From: the human T2T-CHM13v2.0 reference genome, Homo sapiens
Strand: one strand, 5' to 3'
Assembly (NCBI RefSeq): GCF_009914755.1
Contig: NC_060926.1
Length of the DNA stretch: 64,000 bases
The notes beneath the pieces are model-generated. The model saw only the letters and a program-made list of their open reading frames with translations. It was not told the DNA's origin and ran no database searches. Of the stretch, positions 9,750 through 21,689 are shown one piece after another. A program made the translations under genes and the position numbers. Within the stretch, counting starts at the first letter, position 1; each line of letters opens with the position of its first letter.

Positions 9750-12700
9750 AAGAAAAGAATCCTGATTTTTCTCCCAGCACAGTCCTTAACAAACTCATTT
9801 GTGCCTCCAAGAAGTCCTTGAGCTCAGTTGTCTTAAATAATTTCAAGGAACAGTACTCACTGTTATTTTAGAGTATTTTGATATTTCATTTCATGCATGT
9901 AAATACACAGACACACAAACAGGATTACAACTTTGGGACCATGAGGTGGGGGTAATGAGGGTCGAGAGGTCCTCTGGTAAGTCTTCCCGAATTCATACCT
10001 TCCATGCTTTGGATGAGGTCTCAGAGACTATTTTTTCCCCCATAGGTCTCATCTATTGGAACCTCAAAGAGAAACTTCTTTTAGCCATGGGCTTGGGTAA
10101 GGGAGCATTCTCAGCCAGTCCCCCCATCTAGACTGCAAAGGGGAAATTTCCTCTTGACCCCAAGTTTAGGAGGAAGCCTTTCCAGCCAGTTCTCTCCATC
10201 CAGACGCTGGAGAGGACTTTCCCTGTTGGCCCAGGGTTTAGGAAGGGCTTCTCAGTCAGTCTATGCCAGTCTATAAGGTTTTGTGGGGATGCTCACAGTA
10301 AGGGCACTGAAAGGAGCAAGTTTGTCAGGTCACTGCAATGAGTAGGCCATGCTTTCAGTTCTTCCTATCTGGTCAGCTGCCTTCTGGCACTCCAGCTGGA
10401 TTTACGAGCCAAAATTATGGTTTGAGGTGTTGTAATTGGCTAAGTCTCTGGACAAAAATTACCCAAAATAATCTGAAACTTTACTGGCCAAAGTGGGACT
10501 CCTTTAAAATTCCAAAACTTGCCAGTCTACACACACAACTGGAAAAAAGAAAATACCAAACCTCCCAGAGACAATGGGAAGCCTTTTTCAGTTGGTACTT
10601 TGAAAGTCCTCAATGGAATCAAGGCAGTCATCATCTCTCTTCGGGAAAATAACTACAAAGTGAGTGAGCACATTAGTGAAATAGAAAGATTAGCGCTTGC
10701 AGGACCAACACCAAAGCTGTAGAAACAACATTGAAACCATTCTTCCACTAGCTGCCTTGCCTGTTGCTCTACCTGTCTTCTGCACCTTTCTTCACCAGCT
10801 TTATCCTTCATTCCCTCCTTCCTCTTTCAGGTTTTCACCTAGTTATTTTAAGAAAAGGTTCTAAACTATTTCTCTAGACTCATCTGTGTGTTTTCTTGTC
10901 CTGTGATGAATTCCTGTGATTTATGTTACTTTGGCATTAATTTTAATCCTCCTCTAGCACACGCAGACTCCTTGTTGAGAAAGCTTAAATTCTTTCTGTA
11001 TTTGAGATGTAAATTTGCCACCCTCTTTTCTCTAAAATTTGGTAAGGGATTTTGCTATGTGGGACAGATACATTTCAACTTACTTTATTTACAGAAACGC
11101 TGGTTGAATCTAACTGTCTTCTAAACAAGGGGGTTTTACCCGACTCATGGCTCAAGTTTTAAAATAAAAGCTAAAAGATCATTACTTGTGCCTACCTGTA
11201 TTTTTTTGTGTGTGTGCATATACATGTCTGTTAGTATATTGTCTACCAGATTGGCTTCTAAAAATGAGTACTCATAAATTAAGCAAATAAGTCAAAATGC
11301 TTTTCAAGTTCATATCACTTAGTAATTTTTAGGTGGATAAGACTAGTCTAATATTGTTTGTTTGATGAGAATGGCTATGTCTTTGAGTTATCAGAAAAAT
11401 ATGCATATATTTAACATTAAGGTTTTTAATTTTATTATACTTGCCTGCCATTCAGTAATATAAAGTTGGTTGATAGAAAACAGCTTGAGATTATGCTAGA
11501 TTTGCCTGAAGTATCATGAAATTTTCCAGGCATAATTATTAAAAATGAATAGATGGGGTGGATGCAGATGGGATAAAAATTTTTAAATTAACTTTCGGTA
11601 ATGGTTATGTTTTGTAATATGTTTACTTAGGAGGGCTTCTCCAAATCTTTTTAGTAACTATAGCTATAGAATTTTTCTGAGCTAAATTAAATGGTTAATA
11701 TTCATTGCATGTCTAGATCATTTAGAAATAAGATAATACTAAGACACTATTGCTAAATATGAGTTTAGGCTTACATACTTTTGGCTTCTTAATTCAGAAG
11801 AACAAGAGTTCTTTGGATCTGTTAGTAAAAATGAACTTTTTCATATTAAAAAGATGTTCTGTTAGAAAGCTTGTGTCTGTTGAAATTGTAAAACGTGTAT
11901 TCTTGGATTGTCGGTATGGCAGATTTTCACTGAAAATTAGAGTTGCTAAGAAATAGTATGGTGATTAAAGTGTGTGATTAAGCTATTTAGGGCAGAGGGC
12001 ATTCTGTTTGCAAGTGTATGAGGAGGGTAGAATGTGTTTTTTGATAAGGAAGGTTGAAAAGAAAAGAGAAATGAGAAAGAACCTTGTGTGACACATTTTT
12101 GTCTTACAGTAAAATGACTGGTTATTTAAGAAAGAGGAAGTATGGAACAGAGAAGAAAGTCTAAGCATGGCATCAAAGGTCTAAGTAAATCATAAGCTGC
12201 ATGAAAAGAAAGTTTATAAAAGCAATTTTCTGTGCACTCAGGTTGGCTACAATTGAAAAGAAATCGTATATGAGTCTTTCTCAGGATTAAACTTTGATGT
12301 TAAAAATACACTGATACAGAACTTTAAAATTTGATCTCCAGTATTAAAACAAGATTTTCTTAAAATACTGATTTGCTCTTAGTAAAATTGCAAGAGGTTT
12401 TAATTTTTAATTTGCAAATCTGTTCCCTTAATAGTAATCCTCTAAACTACAAACAGTTTCTGTTTCTGGCATATTTCCTCCTGAGATCTATATAATTTTC
12501 CTGTTTTCAGGTTGTAAATGCAGCTCTCTTTCTCTTGGTCCTTGAAAAGGTAAATTCTTTTTGCGTGGCCACAATGATAACCATCTCCTTCAACCTTTTT
12601 GTCATCTCCTGTAACTTTTTCTCTTGTTCTGACACTGCTGTCATGGCCTGATGCTAAGATGTTTATTTTGAAGATCTAGAAAACCAAAGTTTTCCTTCAT

Positions 12701-13429
12701 TGTAACTTGATTTTACACTCTTGGCTTTTCTTGATGTGTCTGAATTGTTCCATGTAACCAGGAAGCTTCCTATGCTATTCCTAAGAACCAAGGATTTCCA
12801 TGTTCAACGTACTAGTTTTCTTGTTTACATTTCTCTATAATAGCATATGCTTAGAATTCTGGATACATTCTTTCTGTGCCTGATTAAATTCAAATACCCT
12901 TCACACCAGGTTTAACTTTCAGGTTATGCAAATGGGCTTTCCATAAGGAGAGGCAATCATACTAAAGGAGGTTTGTTTCCCCTTTACCTATTAGGTAACT
13001 GGCCTAGTAAACTAAGAGTCTGTGTTTTGCTGAGATCATTCCTTTGCTTCATGTTGTTTTTATTAGGCTTTTGATTACTTGGGGAAACTGAACTTTAAAA
13101 AGTTCAGGGTTTTCACATCCATGTAAATCTGTATTCTTTTCGAAGTCTTCTGATTATCACTTTGCTTATTTAGGAGTGACATATGATTCTGCTTAATCAA
13201 GTATTTTGAACCTTTTGACATCTTTGGCAGGTTTCCTCAATATCAAAACCCTAAATTAAGCCTTTTTGATCTTGAAGAGATACTAAATGATTAGGCTTAT
13301 TTGGCAAATCATATGGGAAGCATATCAAATAAGAAATGATGCTTAACTCCCTTTAAGTTATATTTATATAAATATGTTACTAATATGTGTTCCAAATTGC
13401 ATGAGATCTTAAAATTCCAAGATGTTATA

Positions 13430-13862
13430 TGATATGGTTTAGATTTGTGTCCCCAACCAAATCTCATGTTGAAATTGTAAACCTCAATGTTGGAGGTGCA
13501 ACCTGGTGGGAAGTGATTGGATCACGGGAGCAGGTCCTCATGAATGGCTTAGTACTGTCAACTTGGTACTGTCCCCAGGATAGTGAGTTCTTGTGAGATC
13601 TGATCGTTTAAAAGTGTGTAGCGCCTCCTCCTGCCCCAGCATCTTTCTCTCTTGCTCCTGCTCTGGACATGCGAGACATCTTCTCCCCCTTTTCCTTCTG
13701 TCATGATTTTAAGTTTCCTGAGGCCTCCCCAGAAGCCAAGCAGATGCCAGCATGATGCTTCCTGTACAGCCTGCATAAGAATGAGCCAATTCAACCTATT
13801 TTCCTTATAAATGACCCAATCTTGGGTATTTCTTTACAGCAATGCAAGAATTGACTAATATA
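13430..13862 (+). mobile_element. MST-type MaLR solo LTR inserted in the ERV internal region
   Basis: TGATATGGTTT...GACTAATATA termini; near-TSD TTATA/TCATA. Confidence 0.8.
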
Positions 13863-16800
13863 TCATAATATGTGTTATCAGTCTTGAGTATGATTATTTA
13901 GTTTAATGATTGTATGCCACAAAAATACCTAAATTTTCTTTTAAATTTTCTTGCAATTATTTCTACATTATTTCTTACAATTTCCTTGTAAACTCTCATC
14001 AGAGTTTTGATCATAGCTGTTCTGGATTTTTCTCATCCACGATTATTGTTTTAAATTCTTCTCTAGAAGCATTTGCAATCAGCTATAGCCCAAAATTACT
14101 AATTAAGGAAAGCAAAATTAATTAACCGAAAGTAAGTAGTTGATAAGGATAACTTTATGACTTTTATTTAAAATGTTGGTTCTACACTTAAATATTTTTT
14201 TCAGATTCAAGGAATTTTTCTTTCATTAGTTATAGTTTGCAATAATTTGGGGAAGTATACTTTTATGAACAAAAGTGGAAGCATTTGCCTTTCTCCCTAC
14301 TTGAGTCCTCCAAAATTCAGACACTATTTGTGAGCATTCTTATTTTATTTCTGTAAGTTCAGTAAAAATCTGCTCTCCCTTTGTAAGCAGGATACTATTG
14401 GAAATACTGATTATATTACTAGGCTTTGATTGAAAAGTCATATTTAAGAAGGGTCATCACATGCCTGGCTTCAAGAGTTCCCAGCCTTACAGTGAATACA
14501 TAAAACTTGTCACTTCCTGGTAGGCCCAAGAACCTTAAGACCCTAAGTAAAATCTAAAGCCTGCCTTGATTTGGCTTCCTAGCCTCTAGAGGTTCTAAAA
14601 CCTGAAAGTTCCTGTATGATTAATGTGGAGAGAAAAAGTCATGTTCTTAAGAAAAACTAACGTGCACCTACTTTAGGTTAAAGCCCTATGCACTGTTTTC
14701 AAGTTCTGGTTTTCTACCTGTAGACTGGACTGGATCCTGAGTTCTCCTAATTTCCTACAATATCTGGATACAGTTAAATCCTGATAAAGTTTACCAGCCC
14801 TCTTCCCTCAAGCAAAACTATAGAGCCTCTTGGGACATTTCCCCTACTCGAATTATTCAACTAGGGGAATTAGGTATTAAGATTGGAGAAAACTCATCAG
14901 AGCTCTGGTCAACACTGGGGCTACTCTGTCCATCCTTAACCCCAGCATGCTTTCCATGGACCCTCCCTGGAGTTCTGAATTCATCCAGATGGTTGGGGTA
15001 GCCAACCAACCTATGATGGTTCCTAATCTTCACCTATTCTTTTCCAACTAGTACCCCTCACGGGCAGTTGTTTTTCCTTTGGGCTTCCATACACTTCCTA
15101 GGCAGGGACTTCTTAGAAACATTCCAGGCCCATATTTTATTCTCCCAGAAAGGAGAAATAATGCTTGAGTTATCCTCACCAGGAGATTTGGCCACGGAAA
15201 TACCTTTTACCCAAATTCCCATCTATTCAGTTATCCCCAACACTACCTGCCCTGTTCTCTAACAGCTATAATCCAACACTCATGATAATCCCTCAGATTA
15301 TGAAGATAATAGTTGTGGATACTCTCAAGGATATATTTCATCTAGAAGGGTTAACCCTAGAAGGAGCTAGATTAGGAAGGTTTTTCCGGTCCCAATTTAA
15401 ACTAGATTCTGCTTGGAATTCATAAATGATCAGAAACCCTTCCTGAACTGTTCGCAGGATTGCCTGCTCTACCACCCAGGCCATCAGGGTGCAACAGAGG
15501 TCCATAGACTCCCTTGCTCGTGTGGTCCTAGACAAACACATTGCTTTAGACTATCTCCTCCCTGCACAGAGTGATGTTTGTGCTGTTGCTGCCACTTTCC
15601 ACAGGGTAAATACTTCCAGGCAGGTTGAATTTGAAACATCTAAGATCTTAAGGCTAGCCAAATCTCTGAAAAACAGCTTCAAAAAGCCTCCTGGCTGGAC
15701 CTTCTAGGTTAAGTTTCTGATCTCCAGATATTTCCAGCCGGCTTCCCCTGCAGTAGGGTTCCTTCTGCATGCCACCCTACAAGTCTTGATCCTCCTTATG
15801 TTTGGGCTAAGCATTTGGAGCCTCTTTAAGATTTTCCTAGCCTATTTTAACAGATGCCTGCAAGAGACCCCCACTAGGATCGTGCTGACCTAACCTTTGA
15901 GACTTCAAAGGTTGCTCCAGCCAGAAAGGGGAACCAAGTTAACCCAAAAGAATTTGATTCAAATTTAACAGGTGCCTGTATGCCTCTCATAATCACATGT
16001 TTATGAAGAAGTGAGATCTATCCAAAAGTGGTTTTCAATTGTGCAAGACCATGGCATGAGAGTTTAAGAAACTTTGGGCTGAGATTTCAAGGACCTGAGA
16101 CATATCTACTGTTGAATATTTGGTAATCATTAAGCATACAATTTTGCAGATGTTAAATGTTAAGTTAAACATGTTTAATTTTTTTTAAGTAAAATAAATC
16201 ATTTCTGTTTCTATTCAGAATATGACAGTATCAGAATAACAGGAGCTAACCCTAACTGAACACTTAAAGTTTGCCAGGCACTATTCTGAATTCTTCACAA
16301 AAATTAGCAGTTTTACTCTGCACAAAAATCGCCTGAGATACGTTGCTTTGCTGATGAAGAAATGGAAATCCAGAGAAATAAAGTCGCTTACTCAGTCACC
16401 CAGCTACATGATTTGTGGCTCTGGAAGTTCAGCTACTAGGACTCTTCCAACTTCCTACAGGTGTCACGAAAGCACAAGACCACACACTTACACACAGTTC
16501 TGATGAAAGAGGGCTAAAAGGAAAATTTCAGTAAAAAGGTCAACAAGGCTTTCTAAAAAAACTGTAAAGATAAATAAATGATGTGTCGCAGTAATTCTCA
16601 CCAATTAGGAAGCATCTTAGAAAAGCATTGGATTTCCTCTAGTTAAAAACATCTATAAAAAGTGATATCAAAATATAGGAAGATGTAAATATCTAAATTT
16701 TAACACTGTCACCTTGCATAAATTAGGCTGAATAGCTGATGGAATAAGACCTAAATTCAATTTTGTTCCATGCCTTTTTACTGTGATCTGAAAGGGGTCT

Positions 16801-17126
16801 TGAGGTGAATGATCCTGTACTCATCCTCCACCAGCCAATCAGTCTGTTTATTATTTGGCTTTAAAAAGAAACCCCTTCACCATGATGGAGCAAAAACTGT
16901 TACTTGGCTATGTCAAGAGAAAGCAATGCAACAAGTACAAAGCGTGCTGATTAATGCACCTTGTCTATCTCTATCAGACAGAGAGCTAGATATTGATAGA
17001 GACTGCTATCCTCATGTGTAACTACATCAAGCTAGAGAGACTGTTATAATACAAGTGGACTGAGGCAGCCGTGAGCAGAGAAACCAGGAATGCTCGCCCC
17101 GATCTCTAGTCTTCAGTCTTGGCCCT

Positions 17127-17165
17127 GTTTCAACTTTCAGTTTCACATGTGGAAAAATCGAAACT
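17127..17165. promoter_or_regulatory. RSAD2 promoter ISRE/IRF-E pair
   Basis: GTTTCAACTTTCAGTTTCAC (17127-17146) and the oppositely oriented GGAAAAATCGAAACT (17151-17165), ~85-120 bp upstream of the TATA box. Confidence 0.9.
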
Positions 17166-17247
17166 CTAACTCAGCTGAGTGTTAGTCAAAGAAGGTGTGT
17201 CCTGCTCCCCAATGACAGGTTGCTCAGAGACTGCTGATTTCCATCCC

Positions 17248-17255
17248 TATATAAA
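17248..17255 (+). promoter_or_regulatory. RSAD2 TATA box
   Basis: TATATAAA 56 bp upstream of the ATG, implying a TSS near 17278-17280. Confidence 0.8.
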
Positions 17256-17303
17256 GAGAGTCCCTGGCATACAGGGACTGCTCTGCTCCAGGCATCTGCC
17301 ACA

Positions 17304-17649
17304 ATGTGGGTGCTTACACCTGCTGCTTTTGCTGGGAAGCTCTTGAGTGTGTTCAGGCAACCTCTGAGCTCTCTGTGGAGGAGCCTGGTCCCGCTGTTCT
17401 GCTGGCTGAGGGCAACCTTCTGGCTGCTAGCTACCAAGAGGAGAAAGCAGCAGCTGGTCCTGAGAGGGCCAGATGAGACCAAAGAGGAGGAAGAGGACCC
17501 TCCTCTGCCCACCACCCCAACCAGCGTCAACTATCACTTCACTCGCCAGTGCAACTACAAATGCGGCTTCTGTTTCCACACAGCCAAAACATCCTTTGTG
17601 CTGCCCCTTGAGGAAGCAAAGAGAGGATTGCTTTTGCTTAAGGAAGCTG
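17304..17649 (+). CDS. RSAD2: RSAD2 (viperin) coding exon 1 (346 nt)
   Basis: [25 protein letters not shown]... N-terminal amphipathic helix and radical-SAM motif [15 protein letters not shown] (CxxxCxxC). Donor CTG|GTGAGT. Confidence 0.98.
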
Positions 17650-19710
17650 GTGAGTACATGGTCCTAGACAGAAATCAGGATTCTCAACCACTGGGCAGTG
17701 GGGTAAGGCGAGAAGGGGCTGGGGGTATGCACAAGCTGGAGAGCTTCTCCAAAGCTTGAGGTCACCATTTACCCTTGCATGGTGAGCATGTTGTCCTATG
17801 AGAAAATAATTCAGTGAATTTTGGAGTGGGCACCTAGTCCTTCCTAAATCACAGAATTGGGCTGGAACAGGGGATTTGTGGAGCAAACCTGTCCCTCCTG
17901 CCATTTGGAAGCAAGAAGGGGTCTATGCAAAGGGCAGGTCCCTATTACACTTGGTGTTTGGAAAGAGGCGGTTTGGGAAGTTTGTACTACTTTCTGAGTT
18001 TGCCCACAACACTAACGAATTTGGGTTTTCCAGAAACAGTTATTAATAATTAGAAAAGTTGGAAACAAAAACAAAAACTTTGACATAAAAATAGCAGTAG
18101 TTGAATCTTATATTTGAGTTTGTGTATATTCTTTTAATAGGAAACCTTAAAATTTTTTTAACAAATATGTCAAGGACTTAGCCTTCAAGAATGCTTACTG
18201 AGCATCACCACATTAGTAACTGGCAGCGTCTTGGAGAGAACTCAGCACGTGATCTTCGAATGCAATATCTTCCACTCCAGATCTGTTCTGCCTTCCGTCC
18301 TTGTCTTCCTGTCTTTCCTAGAGTACCTTCTCAACTAGTAACTTCAGCAACATCTCTAGCTTCTTTCCCTCCTTGTTTAACTTTTTAACAAAAGCATAGC
18401 ATACATGCACCAGATTACACATATTCTGGATGTGCACCCTGATGAATTTCGCAAAGCAATCACAGCCAGGTAAATAGCCTGCAGATTCAGAGAGAAAGCA
18501 TCACCAGCGCCAGAAGTGCATGCTGCACTCCAGCCACTACCCTGGTAAGCACTTGCTGGACTTCTAACACACAGATTCATTTTGCCTGATCCTGTACTTT
18601 ATATAAATGAAATCATACAGTGGGTCCTATATTGGATCTGACTTCTTTGCTCCACGTTACATTGGCTTAGTTACCCAAAGCTGATTGCTCAAATGAGAAC
18701 CTGACTTCCCATTCCCAGTGTGGCTTAACTCAAATTCCTATCATTTCTCACCAGGATTACTGTAATTCAACTCACTGTCTCTGCTTGCCCCATTGAAAAC
18801 TCCTGATCTTTTTTTAAAATGTACTTTTGGTGATTTAACTCCTAACTCTCCTTCTTATGAGCATCGTTGTCAAGGCCCCTGGCAAGCTCAATGTTGCTCT
18901 CAGCCTCTGCTACCCTGATGGCTTGGGTCCCCTCTGCTGTAGACACAGCCTGTCACACTCATTTTCTCCAAACATCAAAATTGTTAAAATGATGGTCATA
19001 TTGTTGTCTCTTCCTAGAATGTCTGTCCTCAAATCTTGTTGGTGAACTTTCAAAGTTCCTTTGAATTCTCCTTGATCCTCTGCAGCCATAATTATGCCCT
19101 TTACTTTTCACTTATGAGCTTATAGCAGTTGGTACAAATATGTCTTGCAGCTTTTTAAAATGTACTATTTTGTTCAGTTTTTTTTTTTAATGTCTGGTTC
19201 CTCAAAGAAATTGCATTCCAAGGTTGAATTTTACCCTCCTGTGTGTCTTCATGCCTGACAGGATGTCTAGAAAGTAATAGAGGCTTAAGAAATGTTTTAG
19301 ATAAATGAATGAATGCATGAGTGAGTGAATAAGGAGATATGTCGAGGGAAATTACGACTTTCATTCAGAAAGCCAGGGTTTGAGTTTCTGCTCTAACATT
19401 TACTAGATTTGTCAAGACATTTAGCTTTTCTGAGTATCAGTTCCATGATCTTTAAAATTATCTTTAGATAATAATGATAACTGATAAACCAATCTCAAAA
19501 GTTGGTACAAGGCACAAACAAGTGAATGTTCATGTATTTTTGTCATAAAAGATAAATTATTATTAATAGTTATAATTAATACTTTTATATAATAACCTCT
19601 CAGTTTAAGTAAGTAAAACAAAAGTTAATTGAAATGCTTACATGATAGTGTAGGTTGTATTTTCCTGTAAGAGAGATTTCTAGATAATGGAGGAAAACTA
19701 TTTTTTTGGT

Positions 19711-20275
19711 TGTAAGAATTAAAGAAAGAGGAAAGAAACACAAAAGGTGGCTCCACAGTCAAGGACAGGTTTATTTTAGAGAAAAAAAACCTGAGAGGGG
19801 CTTCTGGCTGAGTTAAGTCAGAGCCCACTCTCTTACAGACTAAGAGTTTTAAGGATTTGGCGTGGGAGGGTTTATTAGAGACTTGGACTGCTTCTGTTTC
19901 TCTTTGTTGTGCTTATCTGGGAGGGAGAGTTGTGTGTCTGTTCCCGTACATCTTCCTGCAGCTGCAGGCATACCCACCCTGAATCTGCTTTTAGCTTCCC
20001 TATCTTAGAACACTAAAGAGAAACTAATGTGCTTATTTAGGCCCACTGTTTTACTGGGACCCATTGTATGACAGTGAAGTTTGGCAGTTACCTAAAAGAC
20101 TTCCCCTCAACCTCCCTCTGTGCTCAAGCTGTCTTGTCTGTGTTTTACTGTCTGCTCTTTCTGGCTGCTTGTGGTTAGAAGATAAGTGATTTCCTTGAAA
20201 TGCATGAGGCTAGAAAGGGAGCTGGAACTTAAAGTGGTGGTGTTTGTCTGAGATGATGGTGTTCTTGATCTGTCA
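19711..20275 (-). mobile_element. ERV1 solo LTR, MER61-like, in RSAD2 intron 1
   Basis: Minus strand reads TGACAGATCAAGAACACC...AATAAACC...TTCTTACA (TG...CA termini, polyA signal); flanks TTGGT/GTGGT. Family name from recognition. Confidence 0.65.
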
Positions 20276-21153
20276 GTGGTAATTAAAGGTTTAAATTCAC
20301 ATTGAAATTTAAATTTTAATATATATTTTTATATATTATATTTAAAATTAAAATTTACTATTCTGGCTAAAGATGCTCCTAAAATATATTATTTACTTTC
20401 CTGGCTTTTAAACTGTTTTGAAATTCTATTCAGAAAGACTGAATAGAATTAAAAATAATGAGCATCAGATCTGGGCTGTAATATGATCACTCATGTATGT
20501 TAACACTATTGTAAATAAATTACTCCTTGTCTAAGATATTAATTATGCCTCTAAATTCTATTCCTTCCCTTTTGTTATTCTTCCATCCCTTCTAAATATA
20601 CTCCTCAAAATTGTTAGCAGTTTTGTGCCACTGGCCAGGACCCTGTCTTACTTTCTCCAGTTTATCTGCCACTATATCACATCACCACACTTCTTAGGTA
20701 ATTATGTTTTGTTTTGTTTTTGGGTTATAATGAGTGTCACTCAAACTGCCTCCCAGCATGATGGATTATAAATAGGGAGGTGATATAATGCCTCACTGTC
20801 CAATCATAGAGACATCTGAGAGTGAAAGGGGGCACTAAAACTCACTCACAGATACTGTTTCATCTACCATAAACCAAAACTGTTCCAGGCACACCAGCCT
20901 GGAGGCTTCTCTACTTATAAAGACTCTAGGCTTTGGAGTCTAGGCATGTACCCTAGCTCTACTTTTCTCTAGCCTTATGATCTTCAGCAAGTGTTTAACC
21001 TTTCTTGGCTTCAATTCTTCCACTAAAAACCAGATAATAATTCCTTCCCCATGGGTTATTTAAGGGTTGAAAGCTTTAACCATATTACCTTGGGTGATGT
21101 ATGGTGAGGCCAGATACAGATTAATAGAGACAAGAAAGAGGTTTGCACGGGTT

Positions 21154-21503
21154 CATTCTCCTAGAATGCAGGCAGGCAGGTGTATGACGCACAGGCCCAT
21201 CCTTCTAGAATGCAGACTGGCAGGTGTATGTTGCAAAGGTCCATCTTCCTAGAATGCAGGCAGGCAAGTGTGTAACGCATAGATCCATCCTTCTAGAATG
21301 CAGGCAGGTGGGTGTATAACGCACAAGCCCATCCTCCTAGAACGCAGGCAGGCAGGTGTGTAATGCATAGACCCCATCCTCCTAAAATGCAGGCAGGTGG
21401 TTGTGTAATGCATAGACCCCATCCTCCTAAAATGCAGGCAGGTGGGTGTGTAACGCATAGACCCCATCCTCCTAAAATGCAGGCAGGCAGGTATGTAACA
21501 CAT
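21154..21503. repeat. Minisatellite, ~8 units of 44-45 bp
   Basis: Anchor A(T/C)GCAG at 21166, 21210, 21254, 21298, 21342, 21387, 21432 and 21477. Confidence 0.95.
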
Positions 21504-21689
21504 GCAAGAGACATGTTTTCTTCTCTGAGAAAACAAAATGACCCCAGAGTAAAGACCAAGGATATTAGCAATTGGAGGTTTTCCTATGAATAAACCAGTT
21601 TACCTCTCTGTCTCTCTGTAGTGAAACCCTCTTTTGGACCAGCCCCTCCCTTCATCACAGAAATTCCATTCTGCTATTTTGTGCCATAC

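Larger units (their letters stand above)
9728..15990 (+). mobile_element. Degenerate, deleted ERV1 (MER4-group-like) internal region: gag-MA remnant, long AT-rich tract, protease remnant, env TM remnant; no 3' LTR seen
   Basis: Gag-like NLKLYWPKWDSF (~10470-10510); protease-like ALVNTGATLSILN (14902-14940) and FLGRDFL (~15095-15115); env TM-like SLARVVLDKHIALDYLLPAQSDVCAV (15489 ORF) and membrane anchor LQVLILLMFGLSIWSLFKIFLAYF (15777-15893). Frames are broken. Confidence 0.75.

Noticed and set aside
15489-15893. Syncytin-like exapted env gene
   Set aside because: Only a short TM remnant with a degenerate immunosuppressive domain, no signal peptide or SU, and a broken frame.
17650-17759. Read-through of the RSAD2 exon 1 frame into intron 1
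   Set aside because: The donor is a strong GTGAGT and the extension is featureless.
21154-21503. Regularly spaced repeats resembling a CRISPR array, and repeat-peptide ORFs
   Set aside because: Whole units are homologous with no unique spacers, there are no cas genes, and the context is a human intron: it is a minisatellite.
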